A DNA stretch of 64,000 bases, taken from IMG/VR virus record IMGVR_UViG_3300042558_004148, positions 207,416 through 271,415 of that record. The stretch is one strand, 5' to 3'. Source of the stretch: a virus. The translations under genes and the position numbers were made by a program. Shown in pieces: positions 19,017 to 28,686 of the stretch (the first letter of the stretch is position 1; every line of letters starts with the position of its first letter). Under the pieces are notes generated by a model. That model had not been told where the DNA came from. It made no database searches and saw only the letters and a program-made list of their open reading frames with translations.

Positions 19017-20054
19017 ATGGATTCAAAATCAGTAATACGATCAATCATAGAAGGAAAGAGCGGGTTACATTTTTCTAAAGGTTGTAAAAAAATGTATAAA
19101 GAACTATATGATGAGATTTGCGAAAATACAAAATTCTTAGATGAGACAAATCCAAGAATAATTGATCGAGCATATCACTACATAAATGGGATAACCGAAT
19201 CTAAAAAATGTATCGAATGTTCAAATCCTATGTCTAGGATTGATTCTACCTTTTGTTCTAAAAAATGCATGGATTCTAGTGAATTCTTAAAAAAGAAAAA
19301 GGAGGAAACAAACTTAAAGAAATTTGGTTCTACAAATGTTTCTAAAACTGATTATTTTAAGGAAAAGTATAAAAATACAATGAATAAAAAATATGGTGTA
19401 GATCATTATTCTAAAACTAAAAGCTATTTAGAAAAGTATAGGGAAACTTCTCTTGAACGATACGGAGAATCGAATCCAGCAAAAAGTGATTTGATAAAAA
19501 AGAAGACTGAAGATACCAATATTGAAAGATATGGAAGTAAAAGTCCTTTGCAAAACCCCGCAATTAAACAAAAAACCATAGAAACTTTGACCTCTAAATA
19601 CAACATCGATCATAATTCTAAAATAGAAGGAAGATATGAAAAAATGAAAGAGAATTCAAATAATAATTTTGGTACCGACCATCCGATGCAAAATGAGGAA
19701 GTTTTTGATAAATGCATGAAAAACTCTTATCGTTTCAAAGAATATAAATTACCCAGTGGTAAAATTGTTAAGGTTCAAGGATATGAGAATTTTGCTTTAG
19801 ATAAATTACTGGAGTCCTATAATGAAAATGATTTGATTATAGGGACTAAAGAGATAAAAACTATTATAGGTAGAATCGAATACTTTTTCGAAGGTGGAAA
19901 AAAAGTATATCATCCTGATATTTACATAGTATCAGAAAATAAAATTGTTGAAGTTAAGTCAGCCTACACGATTAAGCTTGATTTAGAAAAAAACGAAGCT
20001 AAAAGAAAAGCTGTTTTAGATAAAGGAATTAATTTTGAATTTATGATTTTTTAA
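19017..20054 (+). CDS. putative nuclease: Zn-ribbon + six ~23-aa tandem repeats + C-terminal PD-(D/E)xK domain
   Basis: CIECSN...CSKKC zinc ribbon. Repeats of the form K.K.E....K(Y/F)G..(H/N).... x6. C-terminal YHPDIYIV...IVEVKSAY gives D...E.K (restriction-endonuclease-like). Confidence 0.45.
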   Translation: MDSKSVIRSIIEGKSGLHFSKGCKKMYKELYDEICENTKFLDETNPRIIDRAYHYINGITESKKCIECSNPMSRIDSTFCSKKCMDSSEFLKKKKEETNLKKFGSTNVSKTDYFKEKYKNTMNKKYGVDHYSKTKSYLEKYRETSLERYGESNPAKSDLIKKKTEDTNIERYGSKSPLQNPAIKQKTIETLTSKYNIDHNSKIEGRYEKMKENSNNNFGTDHPMQNEEVFDKCMKNSYRFKEYKLPSGKIVKVQGYENFALDKLLESYNENDLIIGTKEIKTIIGRIEYFFEGGKKVYHPDIYIVSENKIVEVKSAYTIKLDLEKNEAKRKAVLDKGINFEFMIF

Positions 20055-20064
20055 TTTTACAAAT

Positions 20065-20922
20065 ATGAAAGACCCAATCGGAGATCGTATGAAATCTTTT
20101 TATGAAGATAGAACTCGATACAAGTTAACAAGAAGAACTTACACAATCATAAGAATTGACGGCAAGTCATTTAGTAATTACACAAAGGGATTAGAAAGAC
20201 CTTTCGACGAAGGACTAATCAATGACATGAATGCTACCACTGCATACCTTTGCAAAAACATTCAAGGAGCTAAATTAGGTTATGTACAATCAGACGAGAT
20301 TAGTTTAGTTCTAACTGACTTCGATGATCTAGGAACACATGCTTGGTTTGATAACAACCTACAGAAAATGGCGTCTGTAGCTGCTTCTATGGCAACAGCT
20401 AAATTTAATGAATTAAGGATTGCTAGAGCTTTTAGACAATATGAATGTCTATTCGATACGCCATTACAGATGAATGCCGATGAGATATTAGAATTTCTAT
20501 CTAAAATCAAGAAAGCTGAGTTTGACGCTAGGGTATTCCAAATCCCTTTTATCGACGAGGTTTGCAACTATTTTATTTGGAGACAACAAGATGCAGTAAG
20601 AAACTCAATTTCTTCGGTTGCACAAAGCCTTTATAGTACAAAAGAACTACATGGGGTTAAGACTGATGGAATGCAAGACCTAATCTTTCAGAAAGGAATC
20701 AATTGGAATGACTATGATTTTCGTAAGAAAAGAGGAGCAGTAATTGGCAAAGTAGAAAAGTTATTTACAAAGACCTCAAATTATTATGATCCTAATACAT
20801 CTTACATCCCGTCTGAACACATTTTTACTAGAAATGTATGGGAAGTTATTGAAACCCCAACGTTCACTCAAGACAAAGATTTTCTTAGAGATATTCTAAA
20901 CAAAGAAATAAAATCAGTTTAA
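20065..20922 (+). CDS. Thg1-like protein (tRNA-His guanylyltransferase family, 3'-5' polymerase)
   Basis: IIRIDGKSFSNYTKGLERPFDE, GYVQSDEISLVL and NNLQKMASVAASMATAKF align with the Thg1/TLP palm-domain motifs (RiDG..F, QSDE). Confidence 0.8.
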   Translation: MKDPIGDRMKSFYEDRTRYKLTRRTYTIIRIDGKSFSNYTKGLERPFDEGLINDMNATTAYLCKNIQGAKLGYVQSDEISLVLTDFDDLGTHAWFDNNLQKMASVAASMATAKFNELRIARAFRQYECLFDTPLQMNADEILEFLSKIKKAEFDARVFQIPFIDEVCNYFIWRQQDAVRNSISSVAQSLYSTKELHGVKTDGMQDLIFQKGINWNDYDFRKKRGAVIGKVEKLFTKTSNYYDPNTSYIPSEHIFTRNVWEVIETPTFTQDKDFLRDILNKEIKSV

Positions 20923-21174
20923 ATGTACAGAGCAAAATATGTAATAATCGGAGGAAGCGCAATAGTTTTCTCCGCTGCTATTAAGCACAGCGAAATGGTT
21001 GGGTATAATAAAAAGGCTGAGGGAGCTGGTTTCGTTGCCTTTGCAACCGAGGTTGATAGTTACGGCGACACGATAATAGTAGCAAAAGCTTACGGAAAAT
21101 CAGATTCACTGGGGATAGAATCCAGAGAGGAAGATTCGGCTATTATAACAAGGCAAATAACAAATGTTTTCTAA
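20923..21174 (+). CDS. hypothetical protein
   Basis: ORF track. Confidence 0.4.
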   Translation: MYRAKYVIIGGSAIVFSAAIKHSEMVGYNKKAEGAGFVAFATEVDSYGDTIIVAKAYGKSDSLGIESREEDSAIITRQITNVF

Positions 21175-21176
21175 TA

Positions 21177-21653
21177 ATGGACCACAGTCAAATATTAGAA
21201 ATCCCTATTATTGAGATAGGTAAAAAAACAGCCAGAGGTAATATCTACACACAATATTCAGTAAATCTGATACTTGATCTATATTATAAGGAGTATGGTG
21301 ATAGGTATGGAAGAAAAATGTGGGGAGAGATAGCAGACTCAGAATCCAAAGATGGAGAATATAGAACTGCAATGGTTCAAGTGGTTGGGAATGGATTATC
21401 ACATTCAATAGATCATATGTACATAAAAGATGGATTTCTTATTGGAATTTTCAAATTCTCCAATAACAAATGGGGTAAGAAGGCAGTTTCCATGCTAAAA
21501 TCCGGCGAAGGTAAATTAATACCAACAATTAGCGGTCGTGTAAATCCGGATACCGGAGAAATTATCGTGGAAAACCTAATATCAGTTGATGTAATTCCTG
21601 CAGTTAATTTAGAATTGGAAAAATTAGAAATGTCATGGATTGAAATTGCATAG
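21177..21653 (+). CDS. hypothetical protein
   Basis: ORF track. Confidence 0.45.
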   Translation: MDHSQILEIPIIEIGKKTARGNIYTQYSVNLILDLYYKEYGDRYGRKMWGEIADSESKDGEYRTAMVQVVGNGLSHSIDHMYIKDGFLIGIFKFSNNKWGKKAVSMLKSGEGKLIPTISGRVNPDTGEIIVENLISVDVIPAVNLELEKLEMSWIEIA

Positions 21654-21657
21654 GAAT

Positions 21658-21692
21658 TAATTTTTAATCCCGTAAATTATCATTACATTTAC
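21658..21692 (+). promoter_or_regulatory. phage promoter: TTTTTAATCCCGTAA - N9 - TACATTTA
   Basis: Variant of the recurring element upstream of ATG 21707. Confidence 0.45.
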
Positions 21693-21706
21693 CAAAATTA
21701 ATAACT

Positions 21707-22483
21707 ATGACGGAGTCAGATTTACTAAATATAGTACTTATCAAATGGCCAGCTTTGGTCGTTAAGGGAGAACCAGTAACCAAGGATCAAGCCAAGGAGA
21801 TACTAATCAGAACAGATTCTCTTTATTTAAGTTGCAATGATCGGGAATGGGAAGAATTTATTCAGACCAAATTTTACGATATAGATTCCAGCATATCAAA
21901 GGGAAATGGTAGGAGACGTTATGATCAAATCGATGAAGAACTTAGAGAAAAACACGGGATTTCTGAGAATGACCATACCAGATTATGGGAGATAAAGGGT
22001 GAATACGAGGATTCAGTTGGATCCATAGAGGGTTTAGAATATCTACGAAACTCCAGAATAGCTTCATCGTGGGTAGGTGGTGCACATGGATGGTGCAACT
22101 GGGACGGGACAATAGGAACTTCAGAATACAATATAGGAAAATATCCTAGTGTTAGCGAAGTCTATGAAGAATGGAAAATAATTGCCAGAGAGTTTCCCTT
22201 TCTAGATCTAAGATGTCAAATAATGAACGAAGAATCCTGTAGTGATGACGAAGACAATACCACAATAAAACCCGTAGTTGAATTTGTAGTTAAAGCAGGC
22301 AAGGTTAAATTAATCGAACCAGTAGAAACTATAACAATACCAATATTCGGCTGGAAGGGTGAAAGAAACGAAAGAGGATGCACGGAGGAGGTATTTTCTG
22401 ATGCTCTTAATTACGCTAAGAATAAAGTTAAAATAGAAAAAATGCTATCATCTGATGATGCATGGGTAGGAGTAAGTAAATAA
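21707..22483 (+). CDS. hypothetical protein
   Basis: ORF track. Confidence 0.45.
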   Translation: MTESDLLNIVLIKWPALVVKGEPVTKDQAKEILIRTDSLYLSCNDREWEEFIQTKFYDIDSSISKGNGRRRYDQIDEELREKHGISENDHTRLWEIKGEYEDSVGSIEGLEYLRNSRIASSWVGGAHGWCNWDGTIGTSEYNIGKYPSVSEVYEEWKIIAREFPFLDLRCQIMNEESCSDDEDNTTIKPVVEFVVKAGKVKLIEPVETITIPIFGWKGERNERGCTEEVFSDALNYAKNKVKIEKMLSSDDAWVGVSK

Positions 22484-22501
22484 TAAAATAAATTGTAAAA
22501 A

Positions 22502-23086
22502 ATGAAATTAAATCAAAATTCAATCAGTGTTAAGTTGTACAGATGGTTCTATGGTCTTGAAGATTATAAGGATCTTCCAGGAAATCTTTGTCCATATTTT
22601 TGGAAACTCGTGTTAGCATATTTGCTTCTTATCCCTTATGCAGCATTTTGCATACCAAACATATTGATCATGGAGGTCTTTAACAAGAATTACTCCAATG
22701 GTGATCATTCAACTGGTGCTAGAATGGGGATAAGCTTTGGCTTCTATCTGGCTGGATTTATTGTTCTTTGTATGGGAACAGCAGTTGGGGCTCTATTTGT
22801 TGACTATGGTGAAACCGGATTTTTTTATGCCATCCTGCCAGGCGGGATTATTTTCTGGATAGGAGCTATCTTAGTAGGTGGATATCATGGAATTAAATAT
22901 CTGATTGAAAGATATAAGGAAAAGAGGGATTACTATATAGACGAGAATGGTAGAAGATGGTATAAGTCAAAAGAAAAAACCGATAACATCATCGTAGCTT
23001 TCGCCAAGGCAAAATATAATAAATACTGTCCTAAGATCGAATGGGTTAATTCCAAAAACAATCCACAGGATGAGCAAGGTAAATAA
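22502..23086 (+). CDS. integral membrane protein
   Basis: Several hydrophobic helices. Confidence 0.45.
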   Translation: MKLNQNSISVKLYRWFYGLEDYKDLPGNLCPYFWKLVLAYLLLIPYAAFCIPNILIMEVFNKNYSNGDHSTGARMGISFGFYLAGFIVLCMGTAVGALFVDYGETGFFYAILPGGIIFWIGAILVGGYHGIKYLIERYKEKRDYYIDENGRRWYKSKEKTDNIIVAFAKAKYNKYCPKIEWVNSKNNPQDEQGK

Positions 23087-23684
23087 GGAAAAGCTAGAAG
23101 CTCAACTATCATTTTTAGTTGAGCTTCTTTCACCGAGGGGTGTTGGTCATACCAGATTGATGACGGAGGGAATTATGAACTATGAGGGAAGATATGCTAT
23201 AGTTGGTAAAACTCACAGTGAAGCAAGGGAGCTATTGAATTCTATTGGTGCAGATCAGAACAATTCAGTCATATATTCTCTAAATAGCTCTAAGAAATTA
23301 TTTGGCACAGCAACACTAAAACTTCCAGTTGCAATTGATAATTGGGTATTAAAAGATTTACTACAATCTGTTTTAATACAGTTAACTAGAAGCACCGATG
23401 ACAAGGAAGTCAATGATATAATAGCCGAAAGAATAGCTAACGTCAAACCAGTTGAGAAAATAGTCGTTAAATATGACGAAAGCATATTATCGGATGTAAT
23501 GTGTATCGCTGAGATTTATCAAGAAAGAACACACGTTATTGAATCATTACTCCTGGAATATCTAAGATGTAATTGGTGGCAGATAACTAAAAAGCTAGAT
23601 CTAAAATCTCAGATACTGGAGCAGTCAATAAAAAATTATAGCGACGAAAAATTAGATTCAATTCTTAAAAAATATAAAAAATAA
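23070..23684 (+). CDS. hypothetical protein
   Basis: ORF track. Confidence 0.45.
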   Translation: MSKVNKEKLEAQLSFLVELLSPRGVGHTRLMTEGIMNYEGRYAIVGKTHSEARELLNSIGADQNNSVIYSLNSSKKLFGTATLKLPVAIDNWVLKDLLQSVLIQLTRSTDDKEVNDIIAERIANVKPVEKIVVKYDESILSDVMCIAEIYQERTHVIESLLLEYLRCNWWQITKKLDLKSQILEQSIKNYSDEKLDSILKKYKK

Positions 23685-23686
23685 AT

Positions 23687-24574
23687 ATGTACATCTTAAA
23701 TCTCACGGACAATGAAAAGTCCGACATTAAATTTCAAATCTCAAAATTCCCTGATGGACAGCAATCAGTAACAATCACTGATTGTACAAATGCATCTGAT
23801 ATATCTCATCCCGTAAAAATTAAGTCCCGTCTAAATTCTTTTAAGGATTTAGAACTTATCGTTTGTGCAACACAAGCTTTACGAGATCTTGGTACTAAAG
23901 AAATTCATTTGTATTCTCCTTATTTTGTAGGTGCTCGTTCAGATCGTAAATTCGTTCAAGGATCCACGAACTATCTAAAAAATGTAATCTGTCCTATTAT
24001 CAATTCACAAAATTTCGAATCGGTAAATGTACTTGATCCTCACTCGGACGTACTCGAAGCTTGCTTAAATAATTACGTTAAGGAAGATAATCATCGACTT
24101 GTAAAATTTGCACTACCTCCAATCGATAATAAAGATGGTGCTCAAAGAAGAGTGGTTCTTGTTTCACCTGATGCTGGGGCTTACAAAAAAATCTTTGATG
24201 TTGCTCAGAAATTCGCCATCGAAAATGTGGTTACTGCTATGAAGCATAGGGACATCGAAACTGGGAAAATCACACATACAGAAATTCCTAATATCGATCA
24301 ATATGGTGAAGATCATAAATTTGTAATTGTCGACGATATCTGTGACGGTGGAAGAACCTTCATCGAATTGGCAAAGGAGATCCGTAAACATAACGCGATT
24401 TCTGACATCTATTTAATTGTTACCCATGGAATCTTCTCAGCAGGATTAAAACCACTGAATGATGCATTCACAGGAATATTCTGCACTAATTCATATTCAG
24501 ATGTGAACGATCCTGAATTTAGCCTACGTAACGATAATGAATTACATAGACTAAAGCAACTTAACGTTTTCTAA
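23687..24574 (+). CDS. ribose-phosphate pyrophosphokinase family protein (Prs-like; candidate ADP-ribose pyrophosphokinase)
   Basis: KFPDGQQSV, YSPYFVGARSDRK (cf. PYfgYARQDRK), VLDPHSD, VVLVSPDAGAYKK and FVIVDDICDGGRTF (PRTase loop) track Prs along its whole length. Confidence 0.75.
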   Translation: MYILNLTDNEKSDIKFQISKFPDGQQSVTITDCTNASDISHPVKIKSRLNSFKDLELIVCATQALRDLGTKEIHLYSPYFVGARSDRKFVQGSTNYLKNVICPIINSQNFESVNVLDPHSDVLEACLNNYVKEDNHRLVKFALPPIDNKDGAQRRVVLVSPDAGAYKKIFDVAQKFAIENVVTAMKHRDIETGKITHTEIPNIDQYGEDHKFVIVDDICDGGRTFIELAKEIRKHNAISDIYLIVTHGIFSAGLKPLNDAFTGIFCTNSYSDVNDPEFSLRNDNELHRLKQLNVF

Positions 24575-24580
24575 AACACT

Positions 24581-25096
24581 ATGGAATACAAAGAAATAAA
24601 AGGAGATCTGATAAAACTAGCTCAGGGAGCCAGTTTTGATGTCATTGCACATGGATGTAATTGTTTTTGCCAAATGGGTGCAGGAATTGCTCCACAGATG
24701 GCAAAGGCTTTTTCTTGTAACGATCCCGAAAAATATCACGGTGAATCAACATCATTCCCGGATAAAAGAGGTGATATGTCTAAGCTAGGAAATATTGAAT
24801 CATACGCTTGGTTCGTATTTGATGAAGAAGGTAACCGCAAGAGATTAGAAGTAGTCAATGCATACACACAATACAAATATGGTAGGAATCATAAGGACGG
24901 AGATAAAAATCCGGTTGATTATGCTGCAATTGAAATGTGTATAAAAAAGATGAATTATCGATTTAAGGGTAAGCATATAGGTCTTCCTAAGATAGGTGCT
25001 GGTCTTGCTGGCGGTGATTGGGAAAGAATCAAGGGTATTATACAAAAAGAATTAAAAGATTGCAGCGTAACTGTTGTAATTTACGAACCCTCTTAA
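24581..25096 (+). CDS. Macro-domain protein (ADP-ribose binding/processing)
   Basis: GDLIKLAQGASFDVIAHGCNC...MGAGIAP and IGLPKIGAGLAGGDWERI match the macro-domain motifs. Confidence 0.7.
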   Translation: MEYKEIKGDLIKLAQGASFDVIAHGCNCFCQMGAGIAPQMAKAFSCNDPEKYHGESTSFPDKRGDMSKLGNIESYAWFVFDEEGNRKRLEVVNAYTQYKYGRNHKDGDKNPVDYAAIEMCIKKMNYRFKGKHIGLPKIGAGLAGGDWERIKGIIQKELKDCSVTVVIYEPS

Positions 25097-25106
25097 AAAC
25101 AAAAAC

Positions 25107-25295
25107 ATGGAGAGATATAAAATAACGTGCAGGATCGAAACCGAATCTTGGAGAAAAACTATCGAATGCAGAGAAATGACAATTAAGGATGGTGCATATT
25201 GTTTTTGGACAGGTGAATATGGAAACACAAATAGATTAATATGGTCATTTCCGGTGATGTTCACGATAATTGAGGCTATAGAAGAAGAAAATTAA
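25107..25295 (+). CDS. hypothetical protein
   Basis: ORF track. Confidence 0.35.
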   Translation: MERYKITCRIETESWRKTIECREMTIKDGAYCFWTGEYGNTNRLIWSFPVMFTIIEAIEEEN

Positions 25296-25303
25296 CTCTA
25301 AAA

Positions 25304-25337
25304 TTTTTTTAATACCGAATTTTTAGCCTATATTTGC
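25304..25337 (+). promoter_or_regulatory. phage promoter: TTTTTTTAATACCGAA - N9 - TATATTTG
   Basis: -7 box at ~25329..25336. Confidence 0.5.
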
Positions 25338-25374
25338 AAAACAATAATTAAAATTGATAAAATAAAGAGAAATT

Positions 25375-25719
25375 ATGGCAGCAAAATCAAAATCAGTAAA
25401 AGCATTAGATTTATTAAAATCTAACAAATCAGTTTCTGAAAGAGCAGAAAACTACATCGTATCAGTAAAACGTAACATTCAACGTGATGTTATCGATGCA
25501 TTAACTGCTAAGAAAGAATCAATGGAGGATGAGTTATTCGAATTAACTAACTTCAACTTGGAAACCGATGTTAATAAAGGTTACCAACAAATGACTAAAG
25601 AATCGGTTGAACAAAGATTCAAAAAAGTTATCGACATCGAGTATAAGTTGAAATTGACAAGTTTAGAATTAGCTTCTAAGCAAGAGTCTTTTGACAAATA
25701 CTTCGCAGATGCTGAATAA
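25375..25719 (+). CDS. hypothetical protein
   Basis: ORF track. Confidence 0.45.
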   Translation: MAAKSKSVKALDLLKSNKSVSERAENYIVSVKRNIQRDVIDALTAKKESMEDELFELTNFNLETDVNKGYQQMTKESVEQRFKKVIDIEYKLKLTSLELASKQESFDKYFADAE

Positions 25720-26257
25720 GATATCTAAAGTATTTATCAGTGCTCCGATCTCTGTTGATTGGAGCACTGTTATGGAATTTGCTTCGGTTGTTAAAGAAGC
25801 TGGTGGTAATCCACAATACTGGTATCGCGATACGGTATACAATCAAAGGTCATTCGATGCATCAAATTCAGTCATATTCATTCTTCCGGGAAATGCATGG
25901 GAAAAATCCCAGCACGGTTTACCTAAGGGTTTGAAATCCGAATTATCCCGTGCATATGCATCAGGTAAAAATATCTACATTGGTTACATTACATCAAGAG
26001 GTGAACACAACATATATTGTGCTGATAGTAATGGAATGGACATCAAAGGTATACAGGGATCATCATCAGCATTTGAAGAACAAATGACAGCAAATAAATA
26101 CGCTGAAAGAGTTATGATGAATAGCACCTATGGTGCAAATATTTGTAGCGAAATTGAATTACCATTACCTAAAGGACCTACTGGGTTTTCAGGTAGACCC
26201 GGGATCGCAGGGGTTGATGGAATTGAATTTGATGAAAGATTATTATTGATGATGTAA
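25709..26257 (+). CDS. hypothetical protein with short collagen-like GXY run and C-terminal RLLLMM motif
   Basis: The track start 25691 is TTG, so the ATG at 25709 is preferred. C-terminus ...KGPTGFSGRPGIAGVDGIEFDERLLLMM. Confidence 0.45.
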   Translation: MLNKISKVFISAPISVDWSTVMEFASVVKEAGGNPQYWYRDTVYNQRSFDASNSVIFILPGNAWEKSQHGLPKGLKSELSRAYASGKNIYIGYITSRGEHNIYCADSNGMDIKGIQGSSSAFEEQMTANKYAERVMMNSTYGANICSEIELPLPKGPTGFSGRPGIAGVDGIEFDERLLLMM

Positions 26258-26429
26258 TCATGGGGAAAGAAAAATACCATTCGTTTGATATCGAAACATA
26301 CCATGCTATGAAATATGCTGATATCGATACATATGCACTGATGTCAGAAATAATTAATGCCGCATCTCGTCCGTGTAATACAGATCCTATCGAAGAAGAA
26401 TTGGATAACAGAATCTTATTAGCTTAACC

Positions 26430-26780
26430 ATGATAACATTCAAAGTAAAAAGAACTGAAGGGGTTGGGGTTAAACCAGGATGTGGATGGATTAAATATGT
26501 AGGAAAATCTAGACTAGACGGATTTCCAATTTTTTCTACTGATTATATAGGGCGTATTACTACTGATATCATAAAAGATCACTTAATCGTTAATACTAAA
26601 CCAGGATATATTCTAGAAAATCACGAGATAGAAGGAATAGGAAGTTTAGATGGTGGAATGATCAGGTCTTTCTCCGATGATTTGGTTCCAGTTAAGCCTA
26701 TGGATTCTCCTAGCGGAACCCTATTCTATATTGATCATGTTTATGAAGATTTAGATCCACGATTGCTATTAATGATGTAA
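26430..26780 (+). CDS. hypothetical protein with C-terminal RLLLMM motif
   Basis: Ends ...DLDPRLLLMM, the same six C-terminal residues as the upstream gene. Confidence 0.45.
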   Translation: MITFKVKRTEGVGVKPGCGWIKYVGKSRLDGFPIFSTDYIGRITTDIIKDHLIVNTKPGYILENHEIEGIGSLDGGMIRSFSDDLVPVKPMDSPSGTLFYIDHVYEDLDPRLLLMM

Positions 26781-26807
26781 ATTATTGATAACTTTTGTAA
26801 ATAATTG

Positions 26808-26840
26808 TCCCGAGATTTTTTAATCTCGGGATTTTGTTTT
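26808..26840 (+). terminator. rho-independent terminator followed directly by a -7 box
   Basis: TCCCGAGAttttttaaTCTCGGGA + TTTTGTTTT; TATATTTG at ~26840..26847. Confidence 0.55.
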
Positions 26841-26864
26841 ATATTTGCTCGTAATTAAAAAAAT

Positions 26865-27512
26865 ATGAAAAATAAAAAAGAACACCTAGACATCGAGAAT
26901 CCAATGGAAATGCTTGCTGCATTTACCCAAATGATGGGTTCCGGAGGGGTCCATAGTTTTTTTGGAGGATTACCTTTCGAAGAGAAAGAGAAATATCCAC
27001 ATGATCGATTAGGTGATGGATACGAACTTCGAAAAATCGAAATGAAAGATTTAAAAGGAAATCCAGTTGATAATCGAGATAATTACTCTCATTTATATCA
27101 TAACGATCTTAAGGTTTCTAGTGAAGTATTTCGTAGAGGTGGAACTGGTGGTAAATTTAAAGATGGTTATTGTTCACTGATACATTACGTAGAAGACAAA
27201 AAGAATTCTAAAGGATTTGATTTTGGAACACATGTTATCATTAACAATTTAGGTGAAATTGTTATGGGTAGAAAGGGATTGGATTATCCTAGTCATATTG
27301 GTGGTCATCTTGGTTCGATTAATAATTACATATATGATTTGAGAAGTGGTGCTGCAATTGCTCCAAAGTCTTCAACTACAATTACAGGAACAAACTGTAT
27401 TATTGTTGAACATAGATACGATTGGTATGATAAGGAGGTTAAGTTACCATTAGGAATCTACCGCATAGATTTTCAAACGGCAGAACTTTTATTAATAGAC
27501 AGCATAAAATAA
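26865..27512 (+). CDS. hypothetical protein
   Basis: ORF track. Confidence 0.45.
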   Translation: MKNKKEHLDIENPMEMLAAFTQMMGSGGVHSFFGGLPFEEKEKYPHDRLGDGYELRKIEMKDLKGNPVDNRDNYSHLYHNDLKVSSEVFRRGGTGGKFKDGYCSLIHYVEDKKNSKGFDFGTHVIINNLGEIVMGRKGLDYPSHIGGHLGSINNYIYDLRSGAAIAPKSSTTITGTNCIIVEHRYDWYDKEVKLPLGIYRIDFQTAELLLIDSIK

Positions 27513-27525
27513 TAAATACGTAATT

Positions 27526-27936
27526 ATGAAAAAACATTATTTTGAATTAGACAAAGTAGATTCTATTACTCTAACGGGAGAAAAAGAAACAGAATATGGA
27601 TGGTTCCAAGAGATTCCATCTAGACCTAAAACATTCCTAGGAATTAAATATGGTATGCATGAAGCAATTCCAGCAGGTTGGAATGATTATATTGATAAGG
27701 ACGGAAACGAATACAATACGCATTGGAGAAAACCAGTATCGTATTTTGCAGATTATTCTTCGTACAAAGTATGCGATATCACAGAAAGAATTTATAACAA
27801 AGCACATGTAGAAATTCGTTTTGGTTATAAACAATCTTTTGGAGTTAACTTCAATGATAACACAGAGGCTCAAAAATATGTTGATGATTTAATTAACTCA
27901 TCAGAAAAACAATTTCACGTAATAGTTAATATCTAA
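27526..27936 (+). CDS. hypothetical protein
   Basis: ORF track. Confidence 0.45.
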   Translation: MKKHYFELDKVDSITLTGEKETEYGWFQEIPSRPKTFLGIKYGMHEAIPAGWNDYIDKDGNEYNTHWRKPVSYFADYSSYKVCDITERIYNKAHVEIRFGYKQSFGVNFNDNTEAQKYVDDLINSSEKQFHVIVNI

Positions 27937-27940
27937 TCAA

Positions 27941-28432
27941 ATGAAAACATACACTAAATACACATTCTTCTATAAAACACGTCACCCGTTCTCCAATTGG
28001 CATCCATGTTCATTTGAGGACGAGGAGGGAAACGAATATAATTGCTCAGAGCAATGGATGATGGCGGAAAAGGCTAAGCTATTTGGCGACGAAGAAACCA
28101 GAGAGGAAATTTTATTCTCAAAGGATCCTGGTAAACAAAAGGAGCTAGGGAGAAAGGTTAAGAATTTCAATTCTGATGTCTGGACAGAAAATGCTAAAAA
28201 AATTGTTTACAATGGATGTCATTTGAAATTCACTCAGAATCCAAAATTACTAAAAACATTATTGGACACCGAAGGAACCTTACTTGTTGAAGCTTCACCC
28301 TACGATAAAATCTGGGGTATAGGTCTTGGCGAGGATGACCCTAAAATACACGATCCTAAAAATTGGAGAGGTACAAATTGGCTAGGCGAAGTTCTAACTG
28401 ATCTTAGAGATAATCTATTAAAATCTAAATAA
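27941..28432 (+). CDS. NADAR (YbiA/DUF1768) domain protein
   Basis: FSNWHPCSF.....YNCSEQWMMAEKAKLF....W......KF.QNP.L...LL.T....LVEASPYDKIWGIG is the NADAR signature. Confidence 0.7.
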   Translation: MKTYTKYTFFYKTRHPFSNWHPCSFEDEEGNEYNCSEQWMMAEKAKLFGDEETREEILFSKDPGKQKELGRKVKNFNSDVWTENAKKIVYNGCHLKFTQNPKLLKTLLDTEGTLLVEASPYDKIWGIGLGEDDPKIHDPKNWRGTNWLGEVLTDLRDNLLKSK

Positions 28433-28433
28433 A

Positions 28434-28682
28434 ATGGCAACATCACCAGAATACTTAAACAAAGCTTTCCAGAGGGAAGTTGATGAATTTGAACTTAAAT
28501 TGGATTCTCAACTGGAGAAAAAAACCGTAGTAAAAGGAGGTTCGGTTTCTATAGACATTCCAAATGGAATGTCACAAAGACATTTCGGACTACTTGAATC
28601 CAAATATATTTCCGCTGGATGGAGTTCAGTTAAATGGAATAGTGATCAGAGAGAAGGTATGTGGTTAACTTTCACCTACTAG
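28434..28682 (+). CDS. hypothetical protein
   Basis: ORF track. Confidence 0.4.
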   Translation: MATSPEYLNKAFQREVDEFELKLDSQLEKKTVVKGGSVSIDIPNGMSQRHFGLLESKYISAGWSSVKWNSDQREGMWLTFTY

Positions 28683-28686
28683 GTCA

